Part shown: positions 14,324-28,320 of the stretch, in pieces
How the letters are laid out: each line of letters begins with the position of its first letter
Position numbering within the stretch: position 1 is the stretch's first letter
From: Eukaryota sp. GEM-RC1
Taxonomy: Eukaryota
Reading direction: 5' to 3'
Length of the DNA: 64,000 nt
NCBI GenBank assembly: GCA_040285855.1
Contig: JAUFOQ010000006.1
Coordinates: 1,550,001-1,614,000 of the forward strand
Position numbers and translations under genes: made by a program
The notes under the pieces: model-generated
What the model saw: only the letters and a program-made list of their open reading frames with translations
Database searches by the model: none
What the model was told of the DNA's origin: nothing

Positions 14324-16600
14324 TCAAACTTGATTGATTGAATCACTAGATGATTCTTCGTCAGTCCAAATGACATCTGAGACAACATCAATGGAATTTG
14401 ATGAAAAACAACGACACAGATCAAACTTATCCAATGAAGACTTGGGTTCCTCTTGACATATGGAAAGACAACTTTTGTAAGATGGAAATGAATCAAACGC
14501 CGTGTCTAGGAAAGAATGAACAGAAGTATGTGATGGTAGAGATGACAAGGACGATGGCGTTCCTTCAAGCAATAACTCTTCCCTTTCTTCAATTACATGT
14601 TGATTCCTTATGATAATTGACTCTTTATAAGGACCACAGATCATCCAAGGATGAGTCTTCAGTTCTTCTGCAGTTATCCTTGTCTTAGGGTTTTTGTCTA
14701 ACATAGACAAGAGTATATGATGTAGTAAAGGGTCAATGAACGGGGGGAACGTGACGTCATCATGACAGATCTTTCGGTATCAACTGATGACTTGTTGATC
14801 ATTGAAGGGTAATCTTCCGAAAAGTATAAAGTACAATGTAACTCAGTGATGCGAAAAAATTAATTTAAATTAAATTATTAATTCTACAGGCCAACAATTA
14901 ATTAATTTTAATTCTACAGACCAACAATTAATTAATTTTAATTCTTCAGACCAACAATTAATTAATTGCAATTAATTACAATTGATTCTTTATTACCATA
15001 TCATACGACAAAAATGAACATACTATCAGTCTGAATCGACATCTATAACAAGCTCGGCCGAATTTAATCCTGTTGTCTGATGAGGGTTCTTACTCACAAT
15101 TGATTTGACTAAATCCAAGTTCCAAGAATCAGTGTTGTATAAAAGAAACAATTGTTTCTTTAACGTTTTTGATTGTAAACGTCCTCTCAGTTGCCCTATA
15201 ATTAGATAAATAAGAAGAAATATCAAGACTTAATTTTGCACGACTGAATGGTCTTTCCACCTGTTTAGAAGTTGATGGAATAAATGATAAGTCTAAGTAT
15301 TCCGAAGCAGTGTTTTTTCTGCATCAGTGAGTTCTCTCTCATATCCTTCAAGTATCTTGATTACTCCATTTTCAAAGTCGGGGGACTCAAAGATTGGTGA
15401 TGCCGGGCTATAACATGTGTAAGATCGCAAAGCTGGATATTCCTCATGTAGAACGTCAAACATTCTCTTGGCCTTGTGTAGAGGAACTTCTGAAACTTGC
15501 AACTTCTTTGTAATTGAGTTCAGCTGGTCAAATTTTGAAGTCATTTCATCAATCATTTCTGTTTCTGTTCGGTCAGGCAGATGTTGTTTCACTTCAATCG
15601 GGTTGTGGTTCAACAAAGGTAAAAAAAGAACAAGGATATCTCTTTGGGAGTTGGAGAAGACGACATAAGGTGAAGAAACGGGAATTATAAAATTAATTCT
15701 AGTAATTGCCGTTAATTAATTATAATTCTAAGGTGTAACAATTAATTAATTATAATTCTAAGCGGCTAGAATTAATTAATTCTCAGGGAATTAATTCAAT
15801 TAATTATAATTAAATTAATTTTTTCGCATCACTGATGTAACTCCTGCAGAACAAACGTCAGAAGCCTTCCCACCTCTATTCATGTAGCCAGAAACCAGTT
15901 CGGGAGCAAGGAAAGCTGAAGATCCTGTTAAGGATATAGCACTTTGCTTCTGTGAACAAATGTCAGTGGACACTCCAAAATCAGATAGCTTGACGTGACC
16001 ATCTGAAGTTAAAAGGAGGTTACTTGGTTTGATGTCTCGATGAATGATATTCAGTGCATGGAGGTATTCCATAGCATTGACTAAATCACAGAAGTACACC
16101 CAAACAGAAGAAACTGGCAGAGGATCACATGTTATAGACGAGTCTGAAACCAACGCTCCACATTGAACATACTCTAGCACAAGATATCGTTTGTTATTGT
16201 CGTGGTCTTCAAAGGTATCGAGAAGACGTACAATATTAGGATGGCATAACTTATTCTGTATTGAGACTTCCTTGTCATTCATCTTCTTTAGCAAGACCGA
16301 ATCAGAAGAGTCGAGAGATGTCAACTGAAGACAATATGATTTAATGACAACTGTTTTGAGAGTCGGGTGATACCCAAGAAAAACTGTGGACAGCTTAGAT
16401 CTGGCAAGCGTTCTCAAAATCTTAAAACAGTCGAGAGATGAAACAGAGCAAGGTGGTGACTGACTAAGAGAAGTACTGTGATGGTGTGATTCAAGATTCT
16501 TCTTCTTTTCGGAGAAAGAAAATAACGTAGATGACTTATGCAAGAGCGTCGATGTGACATTTGGATCGTTAAGGATCGGTTTAGTCAATGGTGACGACAT
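14324..16600 (-). pseudogene. CAMKK-like Ser/Thr kinase pseudogene split by a hAT insertion
   Basis: HRDIKPSN, DFG and FLAPE motifs. AGVT|LYFILFGRLPF continues on the far side of the insert. Has DVW>DVC and an in-frame TGA near 14780. Paralog of 21149-22493. Confidence 0.85.
14844..15834 (-). mobile_element. Internally deleted hAT DNA transposon
   Basis: TIR CAGTGATGCGAAAAAATTAATTTAA at both ends. 8-bp TSD ATGTAACT (14836-14843, 15835-15842). Transposase remnant includes the dimerisation motif IPSTSKQVERPFSRAK. Three 30-bp subterminal repeats at 14881-14970. Confidence 0.92.
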
Positions 16601-17339
16601 TGAATCTAGTGTTACATGGACATGTTTGTTTTCGATGGAAACGCATCAAAAAAAGGCACGTTTCCGAGACGTTATGACACATGTAAGAATCTTACACTGT
16701 AAGACTTACAGTAAGTTACATTAAATGCCCAAATTCAAGTTCTGTCATCAGTGAATGACTCATCAGTCATACCCATACTCTTACACGGCTTGGCAATCTC
16801 TCCTCTGGATTGTGAAAAACGTCGAGTTATCATCATGTCATTTGCTACATACTGAGATTTACACATATATTTCTACACATACCTACTAGTATGTACTTTC
16901 TCATCCCTAATTGGAAGATAAGATTAGCCTTTTGTCGTGTCAGAAAATTTAAATAAGTTAAAGATAAGTTACTTTCGGTTGGTTGTCTGTTTGGTGTTGA
17001 CTACTTATTGAAATTGAGTTGTGAGTTTAATGGTTTGTTTTAAAAAATCTGCATTTGTATACACATTCTTGTTTTTAGTAGGAAAAGATCTCTTTTTTAA
17101 AAAAAGATTGACTGTTAAACACTAATTTGAATGACATTTGTATAAGTCTGAAAATACACTCAGATACTGTGTCTCTTCAACAAACACTGTGTTTGGAAAC
17201 AACTGGTCTAGATATGATAAAACAATGCTACAAAATAACGGTGATACCAAATTTGCAGAATATTGAACCCCCCTTGATGGTGGATGTGGTGGATGGATTT
17301 TCATCCATTAACAGCCCTAAATATTGTATCAAAACGGAA

Positions 17340-17929
17340 AAAACGACTTATAAAAATTATATGAAACTCTACTACAGTCCGAGTGTATCCGAGATACATG
17401 TTTGGATATGTTTAAGGCTAATGGTTTTCATGGAAAAATTGAACCTTTACTTGCTAATCTTTCTGATCAGCCAAAAGTTGATAGAAGTCGTGGTGATTTG
17501 ATTGGTCCTTGGTTATCTTGTCAGGAAATTATCATGGATTTCACGACTGTTGATCCTTGTAATTCAAGATCAATTTCAAAAATTTTTGATGATGATTTTT
17601 CGGCTCTTGAAGTGGCTGAAAAAGGAAAAAATACAAAGTACTGTCACTTAATTAACCAATTGAATGTTGACAGGTACAATTCTTTTGTGTTTCAACCTTT
17701 TGCGATGTCGATATACGGTAATATTGGACCAGCTGCACAAGGTTTTTTAACTTCCTTTGGTAAATTGTGTTCTGAGAATGGTAAAGTTTTCAATGAATAT
17801 TTTTGGTTGAGTAGGTTAACGTTTGCGTTGTTTCGTTCAATGCACAGATATTTTAATTCAATTTTAGGTAAGTTGTTCGGTGATGGACAGAAGGATCCTA
17901 GTTTAGATACTTTAGTTAGTGTCTGTTAG
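17340..17929 (+). mobile_element. CRE-like retrotransposon 3' fragment (restriction-like endonuclease)
   Basis: IEPLL..RGDL..DFTTVDP..AEKGK..KY..PFAMSIYG. Closely similar to 50250-50516. Confidence 0.8.
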
Positions 17930-17930
17930 T

Positions 17931-18268
17931 AAGAGAGATGTTTATTCGGCACCCAATAAGGTAACCTTCCTACAAACTATGAAATTGTAAAAACAAACAA
18001 ATAATACTAAGATTAAATCCAAACGACTTCATCACCACCCGGTAAAAGATTACGTTTATCAACATTAACCTTCACACCAAACTTGTACAATTTCTCAATT
18101 AATCTAGAGAAATAGAAAGGCATATTCCGATATATGGAAAACACTATACGGTTTTTCCATTCAGCCATTCTAAACTTACGCTTCTTTTCATTACACAATT
18201 CTTCGAAATCCTTGAAAAATTGATCACCAGCAGGACTAATAGATCCAAAAAGAGAAACAGCAAAAGGT
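17931..18268 (-). mobile_element. Short CRE-like 3' fragment inserted just behind the preceding element
   Basis: PFAVSLFGSI..WKNRIVFSIYR. The flanks rejoin to match the uninterrupted sequence at 50510-50570. Its 3' tail matches 54291-54350. Confidence 0.7.
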
Positions 18269-18334
18269 CAGTTATTAACTTCTGCAAATGCATTTATTTC
18301 ACTGACTGATCATAAACCCCGTTTTTTTCTACTA

Positions 18335-19324
18335 CAGTCTTCCCTCGGTTTAGTGCCACCTCGGTTTAGTGCCACACCTCGGTTTAGTGCCAAATTTCCG
18401 CTTCCAAACATTTGTCGATCGATCTTTCCTTCTATATCGACCATTCCTCGATCGATCTCCTGTCTAACTATATATACAATAAATACGCTTACATTCTATA
18501 GTCTTTGGCTTCACGTTTGGAACTCAACACTAACCTTTCTTCTCATCACACACTTTCCTTCTGAACATGTTTTACAAAGAGTCGTATGTGCTAACTAGAC
18601 ACACTCTACACCAAATCACGCCAAAAACGTCCCACTTCCTTTCTTCTTCTGTTATTATCCTTTATTTTGATATATATAAGGGTAGATTTGGGAGTGTATA
18701 CAATTTGGACTCAACGGGAACATTTTCCGCGGTGACCGGACGACGGCTTTAGTAGAGACGTTTTGCTAGAGGAAGAAGGCACCAAGAACGTTGAATGAGC
18801 CCATATACCCTCTCAGGGGTTAGAAGATCCTTCGTCTTGAAAGCAACCACATGTTCTTCCTCTTCGTTGACGGATTTCGCTGGTCTATCTCCGTTTTCAT
18901 TCCTTCAGACGCTTTCTACACAACGTTCTCATCTGATTTCTCCTTTCAAATTCTTTCTTTGGGAGTAGATTTTTTCTTCTCCAAGCTTTCTGTTCTGGGC
19001 TGATACTTCTTCAGTGATCTCAGATGTACTTGTTGGTCGGGTAAACTTCATTCCTAGCTCTTCGTTGTTCGCTAAAACATCATGAATGATGTCAAATTTC
19101 TCAATGCGTCGCTGCCTTTTTCTTGAAACCCTTTCTCTCCCATATGCTTGCCAATGGTACCCCACTAGTATCATCAGTAGATGCACGTCAGTCATAGCTT
19201 TTATTTCACATAACAATCAACATCCATCATCGTCTGTTCCAACTGCACGGAACAAACCCTCGGTTTAGTGCCGACCTCGTTTTAGTGCCGGTCCAAACAG
19301 CGGTACTAAACCGAGGGAAGACTG
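18335..19324. mobile_element. Non-autonomous Tc1/mariner (pogo-like) element
   Basis: TIR CAGTCTTCCCTCGGTTTAGT / ACTAAACCGAGGGAAGACTG, TA flanks, and repeated CCTCGGTTTAGTGCC subterminal motifs. Confidence 0.85.
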
Positions 19325-21148
19325 TACTAATAATACAACACTAATTAACTTCTACTTCATGGAAAGCTTACATTGGTAAACTTCAACAGTTTCAATTACA
19401 AAATCAATCTCAGGAACCAATTCCCCAGGCCTTCCTCTATAAATCACTACAAGATTCTCCTTTCCAAATCCCCCCTATTTTGCAAGTGGAAGAACTGCAC
19501 GATTTCAGAAGCGTTCCTGTAGTCAGTAGTTTACCTTAGGGTTGTTGAGAACGTTTTGGCGACACGTTGGACATTTGTTCAACTTAGAATAGCAATGAGA
19601 ACATACCGTATGTGCGTCTTCACAGATTATGAAGGGAATCTTGGTGGTGGCAAAGAACTTTTCAAGACAGACAATACATTCCATGTTGTGAATTGGTGGG
19701 ATTTTAAATTTTGGCTTTTACTTTTCTTTTCAGAACTAATTTTTTGGCAACTGTTGCAATAACTTAAGTCTAATTATATTGAACTCATTAACATATTGTT
19801 TTGTGTCTCTAATCCTGACAAATATTTACTTGAATATTAATAAGTCATCTTAGTATGTTCGTTACTGTGTATGCGCGATGTTGGATTCCTGCTTTATAAG
19901 CCGAAGAGTGTTTGGTAAAATCGGAATCTATGTTCGTTCCGGAGGCCAAGAATTGCTGCTAGCTTTGTTCAACAGACAAAACCAACAGAAACTTGCGGAA
20001 AGTGCAAACAAAGAGTAATAGGACACGAAACTTTTCAGCATGTTAAAAGCAATAGATACACATTCTTTGCCAATCTTTTGTTTATTAGTGTGTGTGATAA
20101 AAATAGGGACTTGGAATATGTCCAAACTACAGTCCAACCTGTAGTATTATACATGAACAACAACCCCAAAAATACTAAGGAGTAATCCAGTAGCAATCCA
20201 ATCCAATATTTAAATATGGTTGTCAAATGCACAAACTGTTGAGAAATGAAATGAACAATATCCTCAGAATGTGCATAATGTATACATAAACAAATGGTCG
20301 AAGATCATCATTTGAAGAAAAGTCTTTTTCAAGTCAATACTTCTTTCATGTGACTGGTTTAGGTTGGATTTGTAATACAATTTTACTTCTGCGATTCATT
20401 TAGACGAAAAAGATAGACGTTTAGCACAATTCCCAATACTCAAAACTCGCGAGAAGTGGAATCAAATTGTTGAAGACACTGATTTATCGCACCCCGAAAC
20501 GCACGTTTTTTGTCCATACGTACCACATTTATACGAACCGTCCATAGATTCATTTTTATTTTTCTTTATAGACTCTATTTAGAGCCAATAAGTCGACTTC
20601 TTTTCCACCAATAAGCGAAGCATATCACGTCTGCAATTGTGCTTGTTACACGAGTGTTAAATTAAAGTTTAGACTAATTGAGAAGCTAACTACCAATTTA
20701 TGCGATGACAAATGAGCTCACTTCTTCAAACACTCTGCTTTTCAGCATATTTGTAACACTGATAATACCAGCTGGTAACATTGAGAATTATAGAACCAAT
20801 TTTTGGTTACGCATTACCTGGACTTATCGCTATTGTGGTTGGCCCAGCCATTCTCCATTGGCGCTAATGAAATACTGAATATTAAGACACCATTACGTCA
20901 AGAAAGTGTCATGGTGGGTAGCTTGTGTAAACTACAACTCTATTGTACAGTACATTGACTGATTTTCAAAACTTCCTGAAGAACTGTTTAGTCATTTTGG
21001 TTTGTTGGAAATTCGTGGCGTTTCCCTAATGTTTCAGATCTCGAGTTTTTATGTTTAATACATCCATGCACTTCGATACTACTGACCAACAGTCTGCAAT
21101 TGGAATCTGTTGTTGTACTCAGATTTTGATCGCTGCAGACAATGATTT

Positions 21149-22493
21149 CTAAAAGGCATTATTGGAAGAGCTACTGCAATTGTTTTCTGAATGAGTTTCT
21201 GTTGAATACGCCCAGTTGTCTTCAAGATTCTCGTTTTCTGAGTCATTATTCATAAGTTTTCGAACATCGAACTGGATCTTGGAGATAACATTACCAACAA
21301 CATTGATATTTTCTGAATCAAGGTCAGAATCAACATCGATTTGAGTTTCACTTTTGAATACGTTTGGAAGTAAACTATGGATACAGGAAGCAGAACACGT
21401 GTGAATTGAGCTTGAGTCTTCTTCTTTGATCAACAGACTACGATTAGCGATTTCCAATTCATCTGTAATGAGAATAGAATCATTCAATGGACCAAGTTGC
21501 ACCCATGGATGAAGTAACAGTTGTTTGGCATTAATTCTTGTGTCTGGATTCTTGTCAAGCATTGAGCAAAGCAAGTGTTTGACAAGAGGATCCAAGAAGG
21601 GTGGAATCTTCGGTTCTGCGTGACAGATCTTTCCATAGAGTTTGTAAACCTGCTCATCATAGAATGGCAATGAACCAAACAGCATGAAGTACAGTGTAAC
21701 TCCAGCAGCCCATACATCAGCTGCAGACGTTGATCTAGTGACGAATCCGGACACGACTTCAGGTGAAAGAAATGCTGATGAACCAGTGAGAGCTGCTATG
21801 CTTTGTCTCCCTGATAAACTATCAATTGACACTCCAAAGTCACTTATCTTCAAGTGGTTTTCTTTAGAAATCAACAAATTGCTGGGTTTAATATCACGGT
21901 GAACAATGTTGATGTGATGGAGGTAATCAAGAGCACTAACAAGATCAACAAAGAATGACCATGCAGTTTTAGGACAAAGAGGCTTCATTGATGTATTATT
22001 GTCGGATTCTAGTGAGCCACCTTCAACGTACTCAAGAACCAAAAACCTCTTTTTGGCTTGGTGGTCGTCAAAAAAGTCGATCAATTTGATAATATTGGGA
22101 TGTTCTAAGTTTTTGTGGATTTCGATTTCATTCATGTTCATCTTAGCGATCATTAATGAGTTTGATAATGAGACTGAAGACGAATTATACGCTTTCAATA
22201 TGACTTTCTGATTAGACTCTAATGAATGGGCTAAGAATACTGCCGAGACTGTTGAGCGAGATAAACATTTGATCTTCTTATAAAGATGAAGCCTATGGTC
22301 AGGGAGGAAATGAAGGGTCAGGCTTTGTGGATAAACGCGATGGAAGAGATAGGTCTTCTTCAGAGGAATTTCCAGAGCTCATTGAGAGCCTACAGGAAGA
22401 GGCAGAATTACTAGACGACGAGTCAGAAGAAGATATATTAGACTGGGAGTGACTGAGTTCCTCATTGGCTGTAGGAGAAAATCGATGACTCAT
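21149..22493 (-). CDS. CAMKK-like Ser/Thr kinase with a Ser-rich N-terminus; one +1 frame break near 22300-22370
   Basis: HPNIIKL, LVLEYVEGG, HRDIKPSN, SDFGVS, FLSPE, DVWAAGVTLY. The N-lobe frame continues upstream of 22198. Confidence 0.85.
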
Positions 22494-23417
22494 TAGTACA
22501 GTCTGGGACGAAACGGAAAGCTCAAAATAGTTACGCAACTTGTAGTTGCGTCGTCATCATTTTGAATCTCTCTCCAATTATGGGGCTGTCCAAGTATTGG
22601 TTCTACACTCCAGGAATCATTCAGTTTCACTGAGAGTATTTCTGTACTAAATTTCTTTAGTCTCACTAAATCTCAGCCGTACTGAGACTAATTTTGCATA
22701 ATTGTTGAAGTTCTAAAATAGACTGCAGTACTCAGATTCACTCAGGAACATACCAATGATCGTCATCATCCATTCTCCAATCTATTGGTGACCCCAACTT
22801 ATGATAAACAAGCCTTTTTTCTTGATGTTCAAAGTGGGAACATGGATTTGCTCTCGTTTTAAAGGCTTTTAGATTGTATTGAAACTGTGTATTTATGGCC
22901 ACCACTAGATTATACTAGAGGCAATATTATACAAAAAAAACGGACAAGTTTTTTTAGGGTTGCACAAGATGCGTCACGCACTGCTCTGAGACGTCGCCAC
23001 TTGGGTATGTTTTTTTTTGAAACCAAATCTTCTTTTCGTTACTAAATACATTTTGGTCAACGACGCTTCATACATAACTCTACCAAACCTTAAATTATTT
23101 ACAGTGGTTTAGAAACAATGATCAAATGGTTAAACTGGACTTTGTATCTTCGACTTCGAACGTTATTTGTTCATCCATAATCGCCTATGATGAAGTTGTT
23201 CGATTACTAAAAGAGATTATGATCTGCTGTTTTCACATCACAATTTACGCCCTTCAAAGTATACACTGATTGACAGTTTCTTCAAGATATTACTACAAGT
23301 GCAGTATATCGTGATGTTGATGAGAACCCTCTCTTTAATTTTAAGTGTTAACTTTGTGTTTGCAAATTTATTTTATTATATTCTTTAATAATGAATTAAT
23401 AACAAAGGGTCCAAAAC

Positions 23418-25021
23418 CATACTTGTAAATCACAGATTTCTGGTATTGTGATTTTGTGAATCACAAGAATCACATCACAACAATCACATCACATGTGATT
23501 ACTGTGATTGTTGTGATTTACGAATCACAATTGTGAAGTTAGTTTTCTTGCAGTTGGTCCTTTTGTATTTGATTAACAGTAAGAGTACTTGTAGGCCAGG
23601 GATGTTAAAAAATATATTTAAATACAAATAATACTGTACTGTGTGGGTTTACAATAAATATATGATATTGTAAAATTTGACAATAAATTAATATATTTAT
23701 TGCATATATATCTAGTACTACAGTAGTATAATGTAGAAAAAACAGGGTTTATGATCAATCAGAGAAAAAATTTCTAATGCTGTAATACAGTCTATTCTTC
23801 GTCCATTACATCCCAATCTTGGTGCAACAAATCTTGCCAAGGACTGTGGAGAAAAATTCTTCGAGTAATATTTTCATGTCAAAGTTGCGACTTGTACAGT
23901 TAAAGTAACTGTTTCTCAAGGCTTGAATGGTGCAAACGTGATCGAAGGGTGTCAATAGTAAGCTTTGTACGACTGAAGAAACTTTATAACCACTAAAATC
24001 TTCAGTCATTTTGTTTCATAACAGTATGCTCAACTGTTTGTATCATATCTTACAAAATTGAGACAACGTTGAACGAGTTGTTTGAAGAAAGTTCGATGTT
24101 TGCAAATGGAAACACGACAATTTAGCATGAAAATATATTGTCACAATATTGAAATATATTACAATATTATTGCATATTGCCGATTGAGACAATAAATATA
24201 TTGGTGATCCAACTGTTGACAATAAATTTATAAACAATATTTATTGCAATAAATAAATAAAAAATATATTTTTTAACAGGCTGTTTTCACCCATTTAGAA
24301 CAGAAAACATTGAAAACAAATTAATAATAAAATGTACCTAGACTTGGACAATCAGTCTATGTGTTTTCGAGTCTGATGTACTTTTTCAGTCTTGATAAGA
24401 GACAACCTGTGAGTAGCAATAGACTCGCCAGAGTCAACCTCAATGACTGAATCAGTAGTAGACTCTTCCTTAATGTCTTCGTCTACTTGGACATTCTCCA
24501 CCAAATCCATCTCCAATTCATCCTCTAGTTCTACTGTTGTGACAATTTTTGTTGAAGCAAATCGACATGGCTCATCTTGGAGAACATCTTGCGAGTTCTT
24601 CGTTAAGGATTGTACAACTTTAAGTAAGTAACTTGTTGGCCCTTAATGGATCTTCTGGAAGTTTTTCTGAAAGAATAACCGTCAAAAGCTTCTCTGGAAA
24701 GATCAGCAGAAGAAGTCATAGTAGAAGAAGATTTTGTTAACTCGAAAATCAATTTATTCACAAACACTACCAGTCTCGTCATCAGTACTTTTAGTACTAT
24801 ACTATAAACACTTTTTGAAGACAGCTTGAACCAAACACGAAGAAGTTCAAAATATACATTGAACAGTGTGTGGAGGAATCACAAACAAATGCGATAAAAA
24901 AATCACAAAAATCACATCACAAAAACTGGAATCACAGAAAGTGTACGTTGTTTGTGATTTTGTAAATCACAAGAATCACATCACAAAAATCACATCACAG
25001 GAATTGTGATTTACAAGTATG
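23418..25021. mobile_element. Non-autonomous hAT element (1.6 kb)
   Basis: 17-bp TIR CATACTTGTAAATCACA, 8-bp TSD TCCAAAAC (23410-23417, 25022-25029), and dense ATCAC/GTGAT subterminal repeats at both ends. Confidence 0.9.
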
Positions 25022-25689
25022 TCCAAAACAGATGCGATACATGTCCTGTAGTTAAATTGCAAACTAAATATGAACAAAGGTCTAAGCACAAGATAAGTCA
25101 CGTCACAGTGACGGTGACGTCGGGTGCAACCCTTCCAGCTATTTGTTGAGAGTACAACATTTATCGACTGCATAAAACAGTATATGTCACAAATAAGTAA
25201 ACAATTATCTAAAATGCAAACTTGTGGTGTACTTGTATCTCATAGTTGAACATTTTGTGTTATGTGTAACACGTGTTTCCCATAGTTGTAATATTCATAT
25301 CCATCTTCATACTTTTCTTGGTTATGAAAATGCAACTTTCCCAAACTTAACTATAACTGGCATCAGTTGGAACTGAAATTGTTCAAACTTATAACCATTA
25401 CTGTTATAACGATCAAAGGTGTACAGAATGCAGGTATTATGTAGCGATATTTGTAGTGAAGAGGTGTGTCACTTTAATTTTTCAGAGAGTGATTAATACT
25501 GTCATAGAAGTCACTGAAATTGAGTTCAAACGAAGAGTCTGTCTATTCATTATCACTCATTGAGTCTAATACAACATTCAAAATCGAGAAAAAATGATTC
25601 TTAAGCAAGCAGTGTATTTGGTGAACCAACGTTCACGTTTTTTTTATTAATTTATCTATGAAACAAACACACTAAGATAAACACAAATA

Positions 25690-25970
25690 CTAGAACTCAA
25701 TATCATTAAAGCAACAATCATTGCCATTAAAACTCACATCAGCTTTTTCTTCATACAAAACACTGAGAGCTAATAGAGCTTTCGAAATCATGATAGGAAT
25801 TGTTTTAAATATTGTAGAAACAATACTATTTAACCAAAACTTGAAATCAAATTTCTGGTTCCTTCTTTTTTTTGACAAGTTTCTCAAAATCAGAGAGAAA
25901 ACAAAGAGCATCTCTACCAAGTCGACCATAAATTGAAATTGTAAAAGGACATATTTTGTACTCAACGTGT
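25690..25970 (-). mobile_element. CRE-like 3' fragment (second subfamily)
   Basis: WLNSIVSTIFKTIPIMISKALL..CCFNDIEF, matching 53172-53447. Confidence 0.75.
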
Positions 25971-26230
25971 CTAGTATGCTTGAGAGCAGTCAATGGTTCA
26001 TCATATTTGTTTCTCTTGTATTGAGTTCACGTACACACTACACGTATAAAACTACAATTACTAAAATACTATTTAACTTTTTATATTGCACTCAGTGTGC
26101 ACAGACCAAATGCGAGCAACAAAACGTCGCAATCGGTAACTTAACATCATAATTTTGCAAATTATAAAAAATATATATTCACCACACAACACTTTATTTA
26201 TGGCAAAATACAAAACTAATAGTACACGTA

Positions 26231-26290
26231 CAGTCAACTCTCAATAACTCGTACGACAAGAACCCCAACTTTTTGTACGAGTTATCGAAT
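26231..26290. mobile_element. Possible solo Tc1/pogo-type terminus
   Basis: TA|CAGTCAACTCTCAATAACTCG with a nearby inverted CGAGTTAT. No partner end found. Confidence 0.4.
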
Positions 26291-27259
26291 GTTGGACTGA
26301 TTACGTCATATCGATGTTGAAAACTGTTATAAATACAATTACTGACTTTAATGATTAACTAAATATGGAAATGAATTCAACACCTATTAATCAAATACAA
26401 TGACTTCAATTACTACATCCTGCATGTTAGAGCACCCCTAATACCAAAATAACAAGGTGCTCTAAGCCATAGCTCCTGCCTAAAATAATTGGTGAGGTCA
26501 ATAATTGCAATACAATAAGTCGCAATAATTAATTGCTGATTTTTCACAATTAATACCATATTTTTTCTTAAACATCGTATTTACTTCGACAGAAATCTGT
26601 GATGCTTCCTTTTCTATGGTTCAGCAGCAAGATGCTACAACAAGGGATACCGAATATTGGATTACTAATCCAATATTGCCAACCAATACCAATATAGATT
26701 GATTGGTCGGCGCTATTCCAATATCAATATATTGCCAATATTGCCAATACAATATATCTTTAATAAATTACTGATTTGTTTTTGTTCATAACATTGTTCT
26801 GAAATGCACTGTTTGTATTCTTTGTATTGGTATTTTACCATGATCAAAATTCACAATCAAACGATTTATCAATGAAAATTTTGGAAAAACTGTGTGATTT
26901 ATTCCTGTTCCGATCGATACCCAAATATATTAAATCAAATATTACTAAGTTGCAGAATAAGCTGTTGATCATGAATTTTGTGCGTAGTGTTTTATTGATG
27001 TTATTTTGATAGTTTAATTTTTTCCGTCTGATCTATACACTGTTGCTTAAATACACCAAATTTGAGATTCACATTTTATCAACTGTGCCAAAGATGAACA
27101 CACACTGTTAGTGGGAATTCAGAATACGGAATTTGAATGTGGTCTAGGCTTCAAAACTGATCATCGCTGTTATCGAGTGATGGTTTGAATTCTCCAAACA
27201 GAACAAAATCAAAATGAGACCATTTTTGAAATTGTATTTTACTGTTTTTGTGAAAAAAT

Positions 27260-28060
27260 CAGTTTATGGATGGAGGGTACAAAAATACGTATCATAATAC
27301 AAGTTGTGAAACACCAGACACCGAAAATTCCTGGTCAACAGTACCACAGTTTTTATACAACTTTGTGAAAATTGATTTAAAAAATTTAGGCATCGAACGG
27401 AACAAAGATAAAATCAAACGGTTATGCCAAATTGAAAAGTTAAATCTCTTATTCTGAGACTTACACATATATCCAGAATCAGTTAAAAACTTAGACGTCA
27501 TTTCACCAATACTACCAAAAATAGAAATAGCAACTGGAACAAATACAAATTTTGAATACAAATTTTGATTGAGTTTAGCACCATCTTTGGAATACAAATC
27601 AATTTTACGTTTTTCAGCTGTTTCTAGGTGATTGAAACCTTTTGAACTTAAGCCGTCAGCATAAGTTTGAGCACATGGATTTACTGTTGTAACATCAAGA
27701 ATAATTTGACTAGAATCAATAAAAGGACCATGTAAGTCACCTCGACGAGAATTATTATTTAAATCAAGACCCAACTTACTAAATAAAGGTTCAACTTTGG
27801 CATGAAATCCATGAGCTTTAAACATTTTAAATGAAACATCTCTGACGGCATTATGAAGAACTGAACTAAATTGAATAAATTTGGGTCAATTAATTACATG
27901 TCTAAAAGTTACAATGCGACGATGACTACAAACACATTCAGAATTGTCCAGCAATTCTGCAGGAAACAAACCGAAACGCAATCGCTTATTTAATTTCCAA
28001 GCCTCAACAGACAAGTGCAAACCAAAAGGACGTGGTTGTTGAGTGATCAAACAACTTGAA
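27260..28060 (-). mobile_element. CRE-like 3' fragment (Cys/His motif + endonuclease)
   Basis: LHNAVRD, VEPL, RRGDL, DVTTVNP, AEKRK, WHNRLI. Sister copy at 55260-55730. Confidence 0.85.
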
Positions 28061-28204
28061 TTCTTAATGAAATCTGTTTTTGTGATGTCTTTTTTTCGAT
28101 TTGTATTTTCTGAGGTTGTGTATTTCCAACCGTGTTTCGTAACACCTGATGTTGATGTTTTTTAGGAACCAAAACAAGTTGATGGATTTAATGAAACAAA
28201 AAAT

Positions 28205-28320
28205 ACTAAAATGTGATATCATCAAAACAACACCCGTCTCTATCAAATCTCACATCAGCTTTGTCCTCATAAAACGATCTCACAGCTAGTAAAGCTTTGG
28301 AGATGATCAGGAGAATTGTT
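28205..28320 (-). mobile_element. Extreme 3' remnant of the second CRE-like subfamily
   Basis: LIISKALLAV..EDKADVRFDRDGCCFDDI, matching the copies at 53172 and 25690. Confidence 0.65.

Noticed and set aside
19400..21100. Short ORFs, possibly a decayed transposase
   Set aside because: No recognisable motif and many stops.
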